NCBI GenBank assembly: GCA_032161105.1
Contig: JAVHTD010000021.1
Reading direction: 5' to 3' (one strand)
Length of the DNA: 56,990 nucleotides
From: Candidatus Thermosaccharophagus tengchongensis
Lineage (GTDB): Bacteria; Armatimonadota; Fervidibacteria; Fervidibacterales; Thermosaccharophagaceae
Shown: positions 47,508 through 56,990 of the stretch, piece after piece
Position numbering within the stretch: the stretch's first letter is position 1
How the letters are laid out: each line of letters starts with the position of its first letter
Notes under the pieces: generated by a model
Seen by the model: only the letters and a program-made list of their open reading frames with translations
Database searches by the model: none
Told to the model about the DNA's origin: nothing
Translations under genes and position numbers: made by a program

Positions 47508-47715
47508 TTGCGCTTCCCCCTAAGAGAGCTATTTTAATTCGCTCGTCGGGCAAGTTTGAGGAAACACCGTCAAACTGTTGACAAGCTATGCCCTGTTAAT
47601 GGAGATGGTTGCCGCCGTCTCACAAGCTGTAGATCTGCGCGCTTCGCAACTTGCGCCATGTTGACAATGGGGCAAGGTTGCAATAGGTGGATTTAAGCGG
47701 GGGGTGATCTGTAGC

Positions 47716-48498
47716 ATGCATGGACGCCCATTTGAGAGTGACGATGTTGTCTTGCTCATAGATGAGGCTGGAAACAAGTGGGTGACGAGTTTGTCGGTCG
47801 GCAGGTTCACAATAAGCCAAGGGACGATCAACTTGAATGAGCTTGTTGGCAATGTTCCGGGGTGCAGCATCACCACTCACCTTGGGTATCGCTGTTATGC
47901 CTTTCGTCCAACACCAAATGATTTGGTCATGCATGCTATCAAGCGCGAGACGCAAATTGCATACCCGAAGGAGATGGGCTACCTCCTCCTTCGCCTCGGC
48001 ATCGTTCCCGGATGCAAAGTAGTGGAAGCTGGAACGGGCAGCGGCGCATCAACCCTTCTGTTTGCCGCAGCCGTCGGAGATGAAGGGAAGGTTTACTCAT
48101 ACGAGAGGCGTTCGGAATTCACGGAAAGGGCGAGAAGGAACTTAGAGCTTGCCGGCTTACTACATCGTGTTGAGCTTAAGGTGAGGGATATCGCCGATGG
48201 ATTTGATGAGAAAGATGTTGATGCTGTTTTCCTTGATGTGCGCACGCCATGGGAATACCTTGAACAGGCGCTCGAGACATTAGCCTGCGGTGGCTCAATT
48301 GGGATGCTCGTTCCGACAACAAATCAGATTTGTGAGACGCTGCGCGCTATGCAGCGTCTCCCGTTGGTTGACATAGAAGTTTGCGAGATACTTGTCCGCC
48401 ATTACAAGCCAAACCCAGAAAGGCTTCGTCCGGAGGATAGGATGGTCGCTCACACGGCTTTTCTGATAGCAGCTCGCAAGGTTGCTCAAACGGGTTGA
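47716..48498 (+). CDS. trmI: tRNA (adenine58-N1)-methyltransferase
   Basis: RETQIAYPKE, VVEAGTGSG, YERR, DAVFLDVRTPW, PTTNQ, RPEDRMVAHTAFL. Confidence 0.93.
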   Translation: MHGRPFESDDVVLLIDEAGNKWVTSLSVGRFTISQGTINLNELVGNVPGCSITTHLGYRCYAFRPTPNDLVMHAIKRETQIAYPKEMGYLLLRLGIVPGCKVVEAGTGSGASTLLFAAAVGDEGKVYSYERRSEFTERARRNLELAGLLHRVELKVRDIADGFDEKDVDAVFLDVRTPWEYLEQALETLACGGSIGMLVPTTNQICETLRAMQRLPLVDIEVCEILVRHYKPNPERLRPEDRMVAHTAFLIAARKVAQTG

Positions 48499-48573
48499 GC
48501 GCTCACATTGAAGCACATCGTAGCCTCCACACGATTCCGACGCCCTCTTGCAAGCCGCCCTCACCGCAATGCC

Positions 48574-49989
48574 TCAAACTTTCTCTGGCACGACAAATGG
48601 ATGGCGATACTCCCTTGTGAGCAGCTTGTTGGCTTCATCATCGTTGATGAACTTCTCCGCCTGTGGGTCAAAGGTCAGTTTCCTTCCGAGGCGATACTTC
48701 AAGCCTTTGGTTGGCACGCCGTTATCTTTAAGGTGCTCAATCATCCTTTCAAATGCTTCATTGGCATCCTCATACTCCCCGAACGGCTTGCTATCGTCAC
48801 CGGTGCACTCAACATCCACACCGAGGCGATAGGAAATATTTGCCAAGTGGCAAAGAGCGCTTGAGTAATGCCCTTCAAGGATGTCAGCATCAAGCATCTT
48901 GTGGTCTCGGTTTCTCACGGCATCTATGAAGTTGCGAAAGATGTTGGGACGACCCTCAAGTCTCTCGGTTATCAACGGCTCTGGCTTCTCACCGCCTTTG
49001 CGATAAACCATCTGACCCGCGATTACAACGCCATCTTCCATGTGGAAGATGTTTCCGATGCGCTGCCCGTAATGATCCGGTGTCTTCAAACCGCGCACCT
49101 CAAATATGAGCAGCGCATCTCCGAAGTCAAACAGCGCGATTTGAGTGTTGGGGGTTTGACCTTGATCAACATATCCGAACCTTCCTCCGAGGCTTATCAC
49201 GCTTATCGGAAGGGTCTTGTTTAAGCCCCAGCGTGCGATGTCCATCTGATGAACGCCTTGATTGCCGATGTCACCGTTTCCGAAATCCCAGAACCAATGC
49301 CAGTTGTAATGGACGAGGTTGCCATGGTATGGCTGCTCTGGTGCCGGTCCGAGCCAAATGTTGAAATCCAACTCTTGTGGCGGTTGCTCAATCGGCTTAA
49401 AGCCGATGCTGCCACGCGGCTTATAGCAAAGCCCCCTTGCAACTCGCAGTTTGCCGAGCTTGCCCGACCTGATTATTTCAATCGTGCGTATCCATCTGGG
49501 GTCACTTCGGCTTTGCGTCCCATGTTGAACAATGCGATTGTATTTTCGTGCTGCCTCAACTGCTTTCCTACCTTCAAAGACATTGTGGCTGCATGGCTTT
49601 TCCACATAGACATCCTTTCCAGCTTGGCATGCCCACACCGTCATCAGTGAGTGCCAATGATTCGGCGTTGCAATGGCTATCACATCCACATCCTTATCAT
49701 CAAGCACCTTGCGTATGTCCTGCACGCATGTCGGCGGGTTTGCCCCCTTCTGTTCAATCTGCTTCAGGCGCTTTGCGAATGTTCTCGTATCCGGGTCTAC
49801 AAGGTATGCGATTTCAACGCCGGGAATGCGCATAAACTCATCAATGTGGCTTCCGCCACGCCCATTTAATCCGGCTACTGCCACCCTTATCCTGTCGTTT
49901 GCACCAAACACCCTTGAGCTGATGAAATAAATTCCGCCAATTGCTCCAACCGATGTTTTGATGAACTGGCGCCTTGTATATCTTCGCAT
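48574..49989 (-). CDS. Tat-exported Gfo/Idh/MocA (GH109-like) oxidoreductase
   Basis: Tat motif TRRQFIK; GANDRIRVAVAG; ATPNHWH; KDVYVEKP; NWHWFWDFGNGDIGNQGVHQMD. Confidence 0.92.
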   Translation of the reverse strand: MRRYTRRQFIKTSVGAIGGIYFISSRVFGANDRIRVAVAGLNGRGGSHIDEFMRIPGVEIAYLVDPDTRTFAKRLKQIEQKGANPPTCVQDIRKVLDDKDVDVIAIATPNHWHSLMTVWACQAGKDVYVEKPCSHNVFEGRKAVEAARKYNRIVQHGTQSRSDPRWIRTIEIIRSGKLGKLRVARGLCYKPRGSIGFKPIEQPPQELDFNIWLGPAPEQPYHGNLVHYNWHWFWDFGNGDIGNQGVHQMDIARWGLNKTLPISVISLGGRFGYVDQGQTPNTQIALFDFGDALLIFEVRGLKTPDHYGQRIGNIFHMEDGVVIAGQMVYRKGGEKPEPLITERLEGRPNIFRNFIDAVRNRDHKMLDADILEGHYSSALCHLANISYRLGVDVECTGDDSKPFGEYEDANEAFERMIEHLKDNGVPTKGLKYRLGRKLTFDPQAEKFINDDEANKLLTREYRHPFVVPEKV

Positions 49990-50066
49990 CTTGCTCACCT
50001 CCCGCATCGCGACCTGCTTTGTCTTTGGCTCATTATCATGGCTATCAGTTTAACAGCTCAAGCATC

Positions 50067-51032
50067 TTACTGTGGTGCGCCCTTTCTAATGCTCAATTTT
50101 GGGGCTGGGGATGGCGTGCTGACTTGAGCGAACTCATCCCACAACCTCTGCACGAGTGAGGCATCTGGCATGTCACCATAGAATGCCACTATGCGATATT
50201 TCAGTGTGACAGATTCATTAAACTTCACATCACACCTCAAGAAGGCACCGAAGCGACCGTAGTCACGATATGCCGAATAGATTGTGCCTTTGGGGTTGCT
50301 CGGGTGATTCATGTGCACAACCGTGTATCGCCCGCTTGGAAGGGTATAGCTCATTGCAACCCAAGGATAATCCCTGTCAACCTTCGGGTCTGCATTTTCC
50401 TTTGGGAAGATGTAAACCGTCTCATTGGGGATGATATCGCTTGACGCCCTGAATTGAACGCCTGCATGCTCTGGGTCACCATCAAGCCTGACATCGCTCA
50501 ATGTTGGCTTAATCGTGGTCGTCAAATCAACGAGTGCGATTGCACCATCGGGCGGGGGTGAAAAGCGCATTGTGCGCTCTTCTTCAATGACCGTTCTGTT
50601 AGCTGCATCCCTCCATGCGATCAGAGCGCTTATAACTGCTTCGCTTACCTTGCTCTCAAGTCTCGTGAATTTCAAATGAATTTGGTGTGTGTTTCGCATT
50701 CCCCAGAAGTCGAGCGGTTTGCCCTCCACAATTGTTCGGCTCCACCCGACGAAGATGGCGCGGTGATGAGGATGCAACCCACCGGGTCCTTTGGTTATCG
50801 GAGCTCCAACCTTTGGGTCAATGATGTGCAAATAAGGCTTGTAAGTCTCGCTTAATCGTTCGGGCGTTGAAGGGTCATAGGCATACATGTAGCGTGCGAT
50901 CACTTTCCCATTGAAGAGGACATCCGTAAAGTCACCTTGTTTGTCCTTCATCTCAAATTGAGCCGCACTTGAAAGGCATATCATAGCAGAGGCGAGTATC
51001 GTTGAGAAGATGCTCCACCACCTATAGCTCAT
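50067..51032 (-). CDS. DUF6807/PmoA-like secreted beta-sandwich protein
   Basis: Signal peptide; KPYLH, HPHHRAIFVGW, DFWG, EERT, GVQFR, HPSNP, RDYG. Confidence 0.75.
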   Translation of the reverse strand: MSYRWWSIFSTILASAMICLSSAAQFEMKDKQGDFTDVLFNGKVIARYMYAYDPSTPERLSETYKPYLHIIDPKVGAPITKGPGGLHPHHRAIFVGWSRTIVEGKPLDFWGMRNTHQIHLKFTRLESKVSEAVISALIAWRDAANRTVIEEERTMRFSPPPDGAIALVDLTTTIKPTLSDVRLDGDPEHAGVQFRASSDIIPNETVYIFPKENADPKVDRDYPWVAMSYTLPSGRYTVVHMNHPSNPKGTIYSAYRDYGRFGAFLRCDVKFNESVTLKYRIVAFYGDMPDASLVQRLWDEFAQVSTPSPAPKLSIRKGAPQ

Positions 51033-51269
51033 CGCTACCACCACCCCGCTTTTGCGCTGCAACGCAATGTTTGAACCACCATCCTTTATGACGCATAGGC
51101 TTGGTTTTTGGTTGCCGATTACGCTCAACTTGGTATCGTCGTCCCGTCACCTCTGTGGCATCATTAGAGACGGTGCATGACGCTACAAGGTGAATTATCC
51201 GTTAAGCGCGCTATCATAATGTTAACGCTGACTTAGGCGCTTAAATTTTCGCAAGAGGTGGTGAGTCAA

Positions 51270-52823
51270 ATGAAGCAGTGGAATAAAGTCGTGGTCCTGT
51301 TGATATGGGCGGTTGCTTATGGCATTGCGAGTGCCGACATTAAGTTGCCGTCGCTTTTCTCCGACCACATGGTGTTGCAGCGTGGCACGAATGTGGCAGT
51401 GTGGGGGACAGCATCGCCAAACGAGCATCTCAACATAAGATTGAGCTTGCAGGGCAGCTCAACTGGTCAGAGGCAAGTTGAGGTCAAATGCACTGCCTCA
51501 GGTGATGGCAAATGGAAAGTTTACCTTCCGCCATTGCAAGCAGGCGGTCCTTATGAGCTCGTCGTCTCGGGCGAGAACAGCGGTCCAGTAACAATTCACG
51601 ATGTCATGGTTGGTGATGTATGGGTTTGCTCCGGGCAATCAAACATGGAATGGTCAGTTGCCAATTCGGCTAATGCCGAACAGGAGATTGCAAGTGCAAA
51701 TTACCCTAACATACGCTTGTTTATGGTCAGCAAAAAGGTGAGTGATGTGCCCGTTGATGACCCGCAAGGCGAATGGAGGGTTTGCTCCCCTGAAACCGTC
51801 CGCAACTTTTCTGCGGTTGGTTATTTCTTCGCCCGCGAGTTGCATCAGCATATTAAAGTGCCAATTGGCATGATACAAGCTGCTTGGGGTGGGACACCAG
51901 CAGAATCTTGGACGAGCAAGCCAACGCTTGAATCTGATGCGGAGTTGCGTGTAATCTTGGATAACTGGAAGAAGGTGATTGAAGCGTATCCTGAGGCTTT
52001 GAAACGCTATGAGGAGAAGTTAAAGCAATGGGAAGAAGAGGCACGCAAGGCAAAGGAAGAAGGCAAACCAGTTCCAAGGAAACCGAGCCCACCAACAGGA
52101 CCTGGTCATCCATGGCAACCGAGCGGGCTTTTCAACGGCATGATTGCGCCACTGACGCAGTTTGCCATAAGGGGTGTTATTTGGTATCAAGGGGAGTCAA
52201 ATGTTGGCAGGGCTGCACAATACCGCAAACTGTTTCCGGCGCTAATCAGCGATTGGCGAAAAGCGTGGGGGATAGATTTCCCATTTTTGTTCGTCCAACT
52301 CGCCAACTTCATGCAGCGCAAACCGGAGCCGTCCGAAAGCGCATGGGCTGAATTGAGGGAGGCGCAGCTTTTGACATTTCTTAGGGTGCCGAAGACGGGC
52401 ATGGCTGTAGCAATTGACATAGGTGAGGCAAATGACATTCATCCCAAAAATAAGCAAGATGTCGGGAAAAGGCTTGCGTTGGCTGCAAGGGCAATAGCTT
52501 ACGGGGAGAGCATAGTTTATTCGGGACCAATCTACGATAGAATGGAGGTAGAGGGCAATAAAGTGCGCATATACTTCAAGCATGTGGGAAGTGGGCTTGT
52601 TGCAAAAGGGGAGAAATTGACCGGCTTTGCCATCGCCGGTGAGGATGGCAAGTTTGTGTGGGCAGAGGCTCAAATTGATGGAAATACAGTTGTCGTTTAC
52701 AGTCCGAATGTTGAAAGACCTGTTGCAGTCAGGTATGCGTGGGCTGACAACCCAGATTGCAACCTGTATAACAAGGAAGGACTTCCGGCATCGCCATTTC
52801 GCACTGATATGCCAAATGAGTGA
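51270..52823 (+). CDS. Sialate O-acetylesterase (SASA) family carbohydrate esterase
   Basis: LPSLFSDHMVLQR, GDVWVCSGQSNME, WGGT, IWYQGESN, LREAQ, DIHPKNK, GLPASPFRTD. Confidence 0.93.
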   Translation: MKQWNKVVVLLIWAVAYGIASADIKLPSLFSDHMVLQRGTNVAVWGTASPNEHLNIRLSLQGSSTGQRQVEVKCTASGDGKWKVYLPPLQAGGPYELVVSGENSGPVTIHDVMVGDVWVCSGQSNMEWSVANSANAEQEIASANYPNIRLFMVSKKVSDVPVDDPQGEWRVCSPETVRNFSAVGYFFARELHQHIKVPIGMIQAAWGGTPAESWTSKPTLESDAELRVILDNWKKVIEAYPEALKRYEEKLKQWEEEARKAKEEGKPVPRKPSPPTGPGHPWQPSGLFNGMIAPLTQFAIRGVIWYQGESNVGRAAQYRKLFPALISDWRKAWGIDFPFLFVQLANFMQRKPEPSESAWAELREAQLLTFLRVPKTGMAVAIDIGEANDIHPKNKQDVGKRLALAARAIAYGESIVYSGPIYDRMEVEGNKVRIYFKHVGSGLVAKGEKLTGFAIAGEDGKFVWAEAQIDGNTVVVYSPNVERPVAVRYAWADNPDCNLYNKEGLPASPFRTDMPNE

Positions 52824-53032
52824 GTTTGTTAAAGCTACTTAGCATCAAACCGCTCCCGGTAGCAAGGCGGCTGTTAAACTGCCCGTCAAGGTTTAGTTTA
52901 ACGCCTACAAATGGGAATTTTTGCGGGTGAGTTACATTCTGCCCCGGAGGGTGCAAGACGGTATAATGACTAATTTCGTGGATTTTGGGAAAATTCTGAA
53001 TATTTCCCGCAGCCCATTTGGGATGTGATAAT

Positions 53033-54949
53033 ATGCAACCCGTGCTCTTAAAGGAACCACCCGCGAAATTGAGGTGGCAATCGGTCGCCGTAATTTGGAT
53101 TTCTTTCCTCATTCTTGTGAACATTTGGGTCCTTCACTCGGAGCTTTATACCGGCGCATCAAACATTGCTGGCGGCAATCCGCCAGTCCCGGTCCTACTG
53201 GCATTATGCTTGCTCATATTGATGAATAGATGGATAAAACTTACTGGTGCAGAAATATTGGCGTTTTACATAGTTGCCTGTTTTTCAATTCTTCCACTGA
53301 CATATGGCGGTGTTCGTTCCTTCTTCCCGAGTTTGGTGGCTTCATTTTACTATGCCATGCCTGACAACAAATTGGGAGAATTTTGGAAATTAATTCCAAG
53401 CTGGTGGGCACCGAAAGATAGCGTTTTAATTCGCGGTTTCTTTGAGGGAATGAATGGGCGCATCCCTTGGGATGCGTGGATTTTGCCATTGGCCTTATGG
53501 ACGCTCTTTTTCATGGCACTTTGGGCAGTTGGATGCGGCTCTATATGGATGTTCTCCCACCAGTGGCTGCGAATAGAGAGGCTAAACTTCCCACTCGCAC
53601 AGCTGCCAATTTGGGCAATTTATGGGGGAAATAGGGGCAATTTTTTCTCGGTGCCAATTGTGTGGCTCGGAATGGCAATCGGTGCTCTGCCAACCAGTTT
53701 GATGGTGATTACATCGTTATTTCGCCCCGTCAGAAGGTGGTGGGATTTGGCACCATTTTTCGCTGAACGCCCATTTAGCGCCTTGCGCCCATTAATGATT
53801 TTCCCTCTAATGGAGGGCGTCGGATTTGGCTACTTCGTAACTCAGGAAGTCCTTTTCTCAACATGGTTCTTCTACTTCATTTTAAAGCTGTTTGCACTCA
53901 TCGGCATCGGAATTTTTGGCTGGGAAATACCATCAATTATGACCATTGGCGATTCCTTCCCTTTTCCGCACTCACAAAGTGTCGGTGGCTATTTGGCTAT
54001 CGCGTTAATTTTGCTATATCGCGGCTGGAAACGCGGCATGTTTACACAGGGCAAATTTGCGCTATGCTTGCTCGGCGCTGGAAGCGTTGGCATGATCATT
54101 TGGATGGTCCTGTCAGGAATGGCATTTCCGATAGCGATTTTGTATTATCTCACGCTAACAATGTTTGTCATCACTTATGGGCGAATAAGGGCGGAAGTTG
54201 GCATGCCATATTCATGGGTTTATCCATATGGCGCACAGAGAGATTTCCTGCACTATGTATTTGGCATTGCAGGGTTGCTCCGCATCGGTGGTCTGAAAAG
54301 TCTCGTGATACTATCCGGTCTTTTTTGGGTTGCACGCCATTTCTTGCTCAATTTAAACGGTGCGTATGCAGCTGATGCGATGAAGATATCGGACGAAATC
54401 AAGCTGCCTCAACATGCTATGTCATTCCTTGCCTTTATTGGGGCTATTTTTGGTCTTTGGGCTGCTTTTATCACTCACATGAAAGCATACTATAGGCGAG
54501 GTGCGAATTTCTTGGAAGGAGCACCCGGATCGGCGGATTATCGCACTTATGTTGCAGCCCAAGATTATCGCCTTTTGAGCCAAATGTTGGGCAACCCTAT
54601 GCCGCCGGATAGATGGAGAATTGGGTTCACCATTTATGGAGCTATTGCCACGGCAATTTTGGCACACATTAGGAAAATTTTTCCGGGTTTCCTGTTACAC
54701 CCGCTCGGTTTCCCGTTAGCCTACGCCTATAGCCATCATTGTCCATACTGGTTTCCAACCATGCTCATTTGGGCGATAAAGGGCTTAATACTGCGGTATG
54801 GAGGCATGAGGCTATATCGTGAACTTATCCCGCTATTTCTCGGGATTGCTTTGGGGCATTATTTGATGACGGGAGTGATTTGGGGCGGAATATTAAGCCC
54901 GATTTTCAAAGATAAATGGCCGTATCACTTCCGTGTGGTTTTTGAATGA
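53033..54949 (+). CDS. Polytopic membrane protein, DUF6785/DUF6784-like (paralog of 13699-15660)
   Basis: QWLRIERLNFPLAQLP, RIRAEVG, LHPLG, KGLILRYGG, PLFLGIALG. Confidence 0.75.
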   Translation: MQPVLLKEPPAKLRWQSVAVIWISFLILVNIWVLHSELYTGASNIAGGNPPVPVLLALCLLILMNRWIKLTGAEILAFYIVACFSILPLTYGGVRSFFPSLVASFYYAMPDNKLGEFWKLIPSWWAPKDSVLIRGFFEGMNGRIPWDAWILPLALWTLFFMALWAVGCGSIWMFSHQWLRIERLNFPLAQLPIWAIYGGNRGNFFSVPIVWLGMAIGALPTSLMVITSLFRPVRRWWDLAPFFAERPFSALRPLMIFPLMEGVGFGYFVTQEVLFSTWFFYFILKLFALIGIGIFGWEIPSIMTIGDSFPFPHSQSVGGYLAIALILLYRGWKRGMFTQGKFALCLLGAGSVGMIIWMVLSGMAFPIAILYYLTLTMFVITYGRIRAEVGMPYSWVYPYGAQRDFLHYVFGIAGLLRIGGLKSLVILSGLFWVARHFLLNLNGAYAADAMKISDEIKLPQHAMSFLAFIGAIFGLWAAFITHMKAYYRRGANFLEGAPGSADYRTYVAAQDYRLLSQMLGNPMPPDRWRIGFTIYGAIATAILAHIRKIFPGFLLHPLGFPLAYAYSHHCPYWFPTMLIWAIKGLILRYGGMRLYRELIPLFLGIALGHYLMTGVIWGGILSPIFKDKWPYHFRVVFE

Positions 54950-55392
54950 ACTTACGCCACTGCAAAAATGGCAGGCGTCCGACATGTTCTTCTCCAAAAG
55001 GGCACATCTGATTATCATTGGGTCACCTCACCCAGAGGGGAGACACGATGTTCCGAAAAACACCCGTCACCTGCAATTTCCGTTGACCAGCCATGCGGAC
55101 GAATTGCCCAAACCGCTGCGGGAGCGACTGCAGAACTCATGGTCAAAAGCCTTTATTGGGAATTCGTAACTACCTACCCGCCATTCATAACAGGTGTTTT
55201 CTTTCCGTCATTGCAAGGTGGCACAGCCGCCAAAGCAATCTCTTTCTGCTTATTGCCCGGTATTCGGTTAGTAAAGTTGTTGCATTAGGGGAATCATGTG
55301 CAGAAGGTGTTTTTGAAGGGGAGGGGTAGTGGATGTGGAGGGTGGCAAAGTTTTTGAGAAGGAGTCATAATTCAAAGCGATTGAGGCGACTT

Positions 55393-55450
55393 GTAGGAGC
55401 GGCTTTAGCCGCGAACGAAATGGTCATCGGGTCTAAAGCCCATCTTGACA
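55393..55450. repeat. GTAG-family REP element with degenerate inverted partner
   Basis: GTAGGAGCGGCTTTAGCCGCGA (GTAG + GCGGCT-TT-AGCCGC hairpin), then TCGGGTCTAAAGCCCATCTTGACA. Confidence 0.65.
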
Positions 55451-55633
55451 AGTCGGTCTTTTTGTGCAATCATGATATCGCAGGTGCATCTTAATGGAGG
55501 GGTGAGTCGGATGAGTGGCCCGCTCAAATGGGTCAAGGATGTGCCAGTTAGGGAGAGGATGGTAAAGTTGTTACAGCATGAAAGTCATGGGCAGAAGGTG
55601 TTTTCAAAGGGGAGGGGTAATGGGGGTGAAGGT

Positions 55634-55649
55634 TGGCAAAGTTTTTGCA
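55634..55649 (+). promoter_or_regulatory. Sigma54-type -24/-12 promoter
   Basis: TGGCAAAGTTTTTGCA has exact GG-N10-GC spacing and lies about 30 nt upstream of the predicted start codon. Confidence 0.6.
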
Positions 55650-55678
55650 GAGGGGTCATTCATTCTTTTTCGAAGGCG

Positions 55679-56990
55679 GTGTTGCAGATAAGATATTTGT
55701 TCTCCTTGGTTATGATTGGGATAGGGCTCAGCGCCTTTTCCCAGCAAACTAATAACTATGAACTGAGAGCCGTTCCCACCCCAGGGAAGGTCACCATAGA
55801 TGGTAAATTGAACGACTGGGACCTCTCGGGGAAAATCCTGATTTGCTACGATTTGAAAAAGCTTCTAAATTCCCACTCCGCTGTGGCAGCAGCGATGTAT
55901 GATAAAGAATATCTCTACTTTTCCTTCCAAATAAAGGATAACACCCCAATGGTCAACCATATAGACCCTGATACTCAACCGGGGGAAGGTTGGAAGGCGG
56001 ATTGCGTTCAGATTCGTCTACAAAGTGATAGAATCTGCCATATTACTGCTTGGTTCTTCACCGACCGCAAACAGCCGTGCATCCATATACACTATGGGAT
56101 GTGGGAGAAAAGCGACCCTGAATACGCTGATTTGGAGGATGCGATCTCTAAGGGAGCTAAAATGGCTTTTCTCAAGGATAAAGATGGGAAGGGTTATGTT
56201 CAGGAGATAGCTCTTCCTTGGAAACTGATAACCAGAACTGGCAAAAGTCCTACCCCAGGAGAGGTTTGGAAACTTGGCTTAGAAGTGTTCTGGGGCTCGC
56301 CCGCAGGAAGGGATTGGCCAGAACACCGCTATGCGGATGTTGTTAATCCCCAACGGATGCAAAGAGAGTTTTTCTGGACGACACCTAAGGCTTGGGGAAG
56401 CTTAAAATTTATGAATAAAGGTAACCTACCACCCTCCCCATCCATTCAAATAATCTCTGACATAGAACGCCTTGAAAAAATGGAGTACTCAACCCAAGGT
56501 CCTGTGGCTATCAAATATGATTTGCCCTTTGACGCTGGTGTCACCCTTGTCATAGAAAAGCCTGATGGAACAAGGGTCAGAAACCTTATAAGCGATTATC
56601 CCCGCAAGAAAGGAAGAAATATAGACTACTGGGATGGAACGGATGATAATGGCAAACTTGTTCCGCCAGGTGAATATCGGGTGAGAGGGTTGTATCATGG
56701 GTCATTTGATATACTCTACGAATTCGCCTACGGCAACCCGGGCAATCCACCATACGATAATTCTAAAGGCACTGGAGGTTGGCTTTCCAATCACACCGAC
56801 CCCCTTGCTCTTACCGCCGATGACGAAGGTATCTATGTTGCCTGTCCTTTTGCCGAGGGTGCCTGCGCTATAATGAAGATGGATTATAACGGACAACGAT
56901 TGTGGGGTATACCTGGTATAAATGGCGGTCCTCTGGCAGTTAGTGATGGTTATCTTTATGTTCTGGTTGGCGGTCCCACTATGGCTTGGG
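55679..56990 (+). CDS. Secreted protein: CBM9/DOMON-like domain + FlgD-Ig-like domain + start of a beta-propeller (3'-truncated; missing from the ORF track)
   Basis: Hand translation is open to the window end: MLQIRYLFSLVMIGIGLSAFSQ (signal), VTIDGKLNDW, AMYDKEYLYF, YVQEIALPW, VTLVIEKPDGTRVRNL..YWDGTDDNGKLVPPGEYRVRGL; frame is also open upstream to about 55502. Confidence 0.85.
   Translation, partial: MLQIRYLFSLVMIGIGLSAFSQQTNNYELRAVPTPGKVTIDGKLNDWDLSGKILICYDLKKLLNSHSAVAAAMYDKEYLYFSFQIKDNTPMVNHIDPDTQPGEGWKADCVQIRLQSDRICHITAWFFTDRKQPCIHIHYGMWEKSDPEYADLEDAISKGAKMAFLKDKDGKGYVQEIALPWKLITRTGKSPTPGEVWKLGLEVFWGSPAGRDWPEHRYADVVNPQRMQREFFWTTPKAWGSLKFMNKGNLPPSPSIQIISDIERLEKMEYSTQGPVAIKYDLPFDAGVTLVIEKPDGTRVRNLISDYPRKKGRNIDYWDGTDDNGKLVPPGEYRVRGLYHGSFDILYEFAYGNPGNPPYDNSKGTGGWLSNHTDPLALTADDEGIYVACPFAEGACAIMKMDYNGQRLWGIPGINGGPLAVSDGYLYVLVGGPTMAW

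Larger units (their letters stand above)
55271..55659 (+). repeat. Direct repeat pair of about 98 bp (55271-55368 and 55562-55659)
   Basis: Ungapped alignment by hand gives about 79/98 identities at an offset of 291 bp. Confidence 0.85.

Noticed and set aside
54933..55329. Short ORFs after the second DUF6785-like gene
   Set aside because: Three overlapping frames with no recognisable homology; may be a gene remnant but cannot be supported.

Overview
A gene-dense bacterial chromosome segment. Gene content tentatively suggests a thermophilic Armatimonadota (Fervidibacteria-like) host; this is inference. The core carries mutS (5'-truncated), cdsA, pdxST, a HerA-like ATPase, a GlcE-like oxidase, two orphan Tad genes (cpaB, cpaE), amrB, an M20 hydrolase, AIM24, a GH106 rhamnosidase, MoxR, an AhbD-like radical SAM enzyme, an EnvC-like/CtpA/LysM-G5 cluster, an MFS transporter, trmI and several sugar-catabolism genes. 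The main feature is an AT-richer island of about 16 kb (16196-32273), bounded by a 28-bp direct repeat with an internal palindrome, lying between yedE and a yedF-like gene. It encodes an NHL-repeat lipoprotein and two large secreted modular peptidoglycan hydrolases (1229 aa M23+SH3b; 2805 aa SH3b+M23+GH25+PPC). The two hydrolases share a roughly 440-aa C-terminal region ending in a FlgD-Ig/T9SS-CTD-like tail. Other signals are a c-di-GMP-II-like structured leader before cpaB, a duplicated 98-bp module carrying a sigma54-type promoter before a large ORF missing from the ORF track (open at the right edge), REP-like elements and apparent TCGA depletion. No tRNA, rRNA, CRISPR array, integrase or transposase was recognised. 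Domain calls come from reading motifs by eye, not from database searches.
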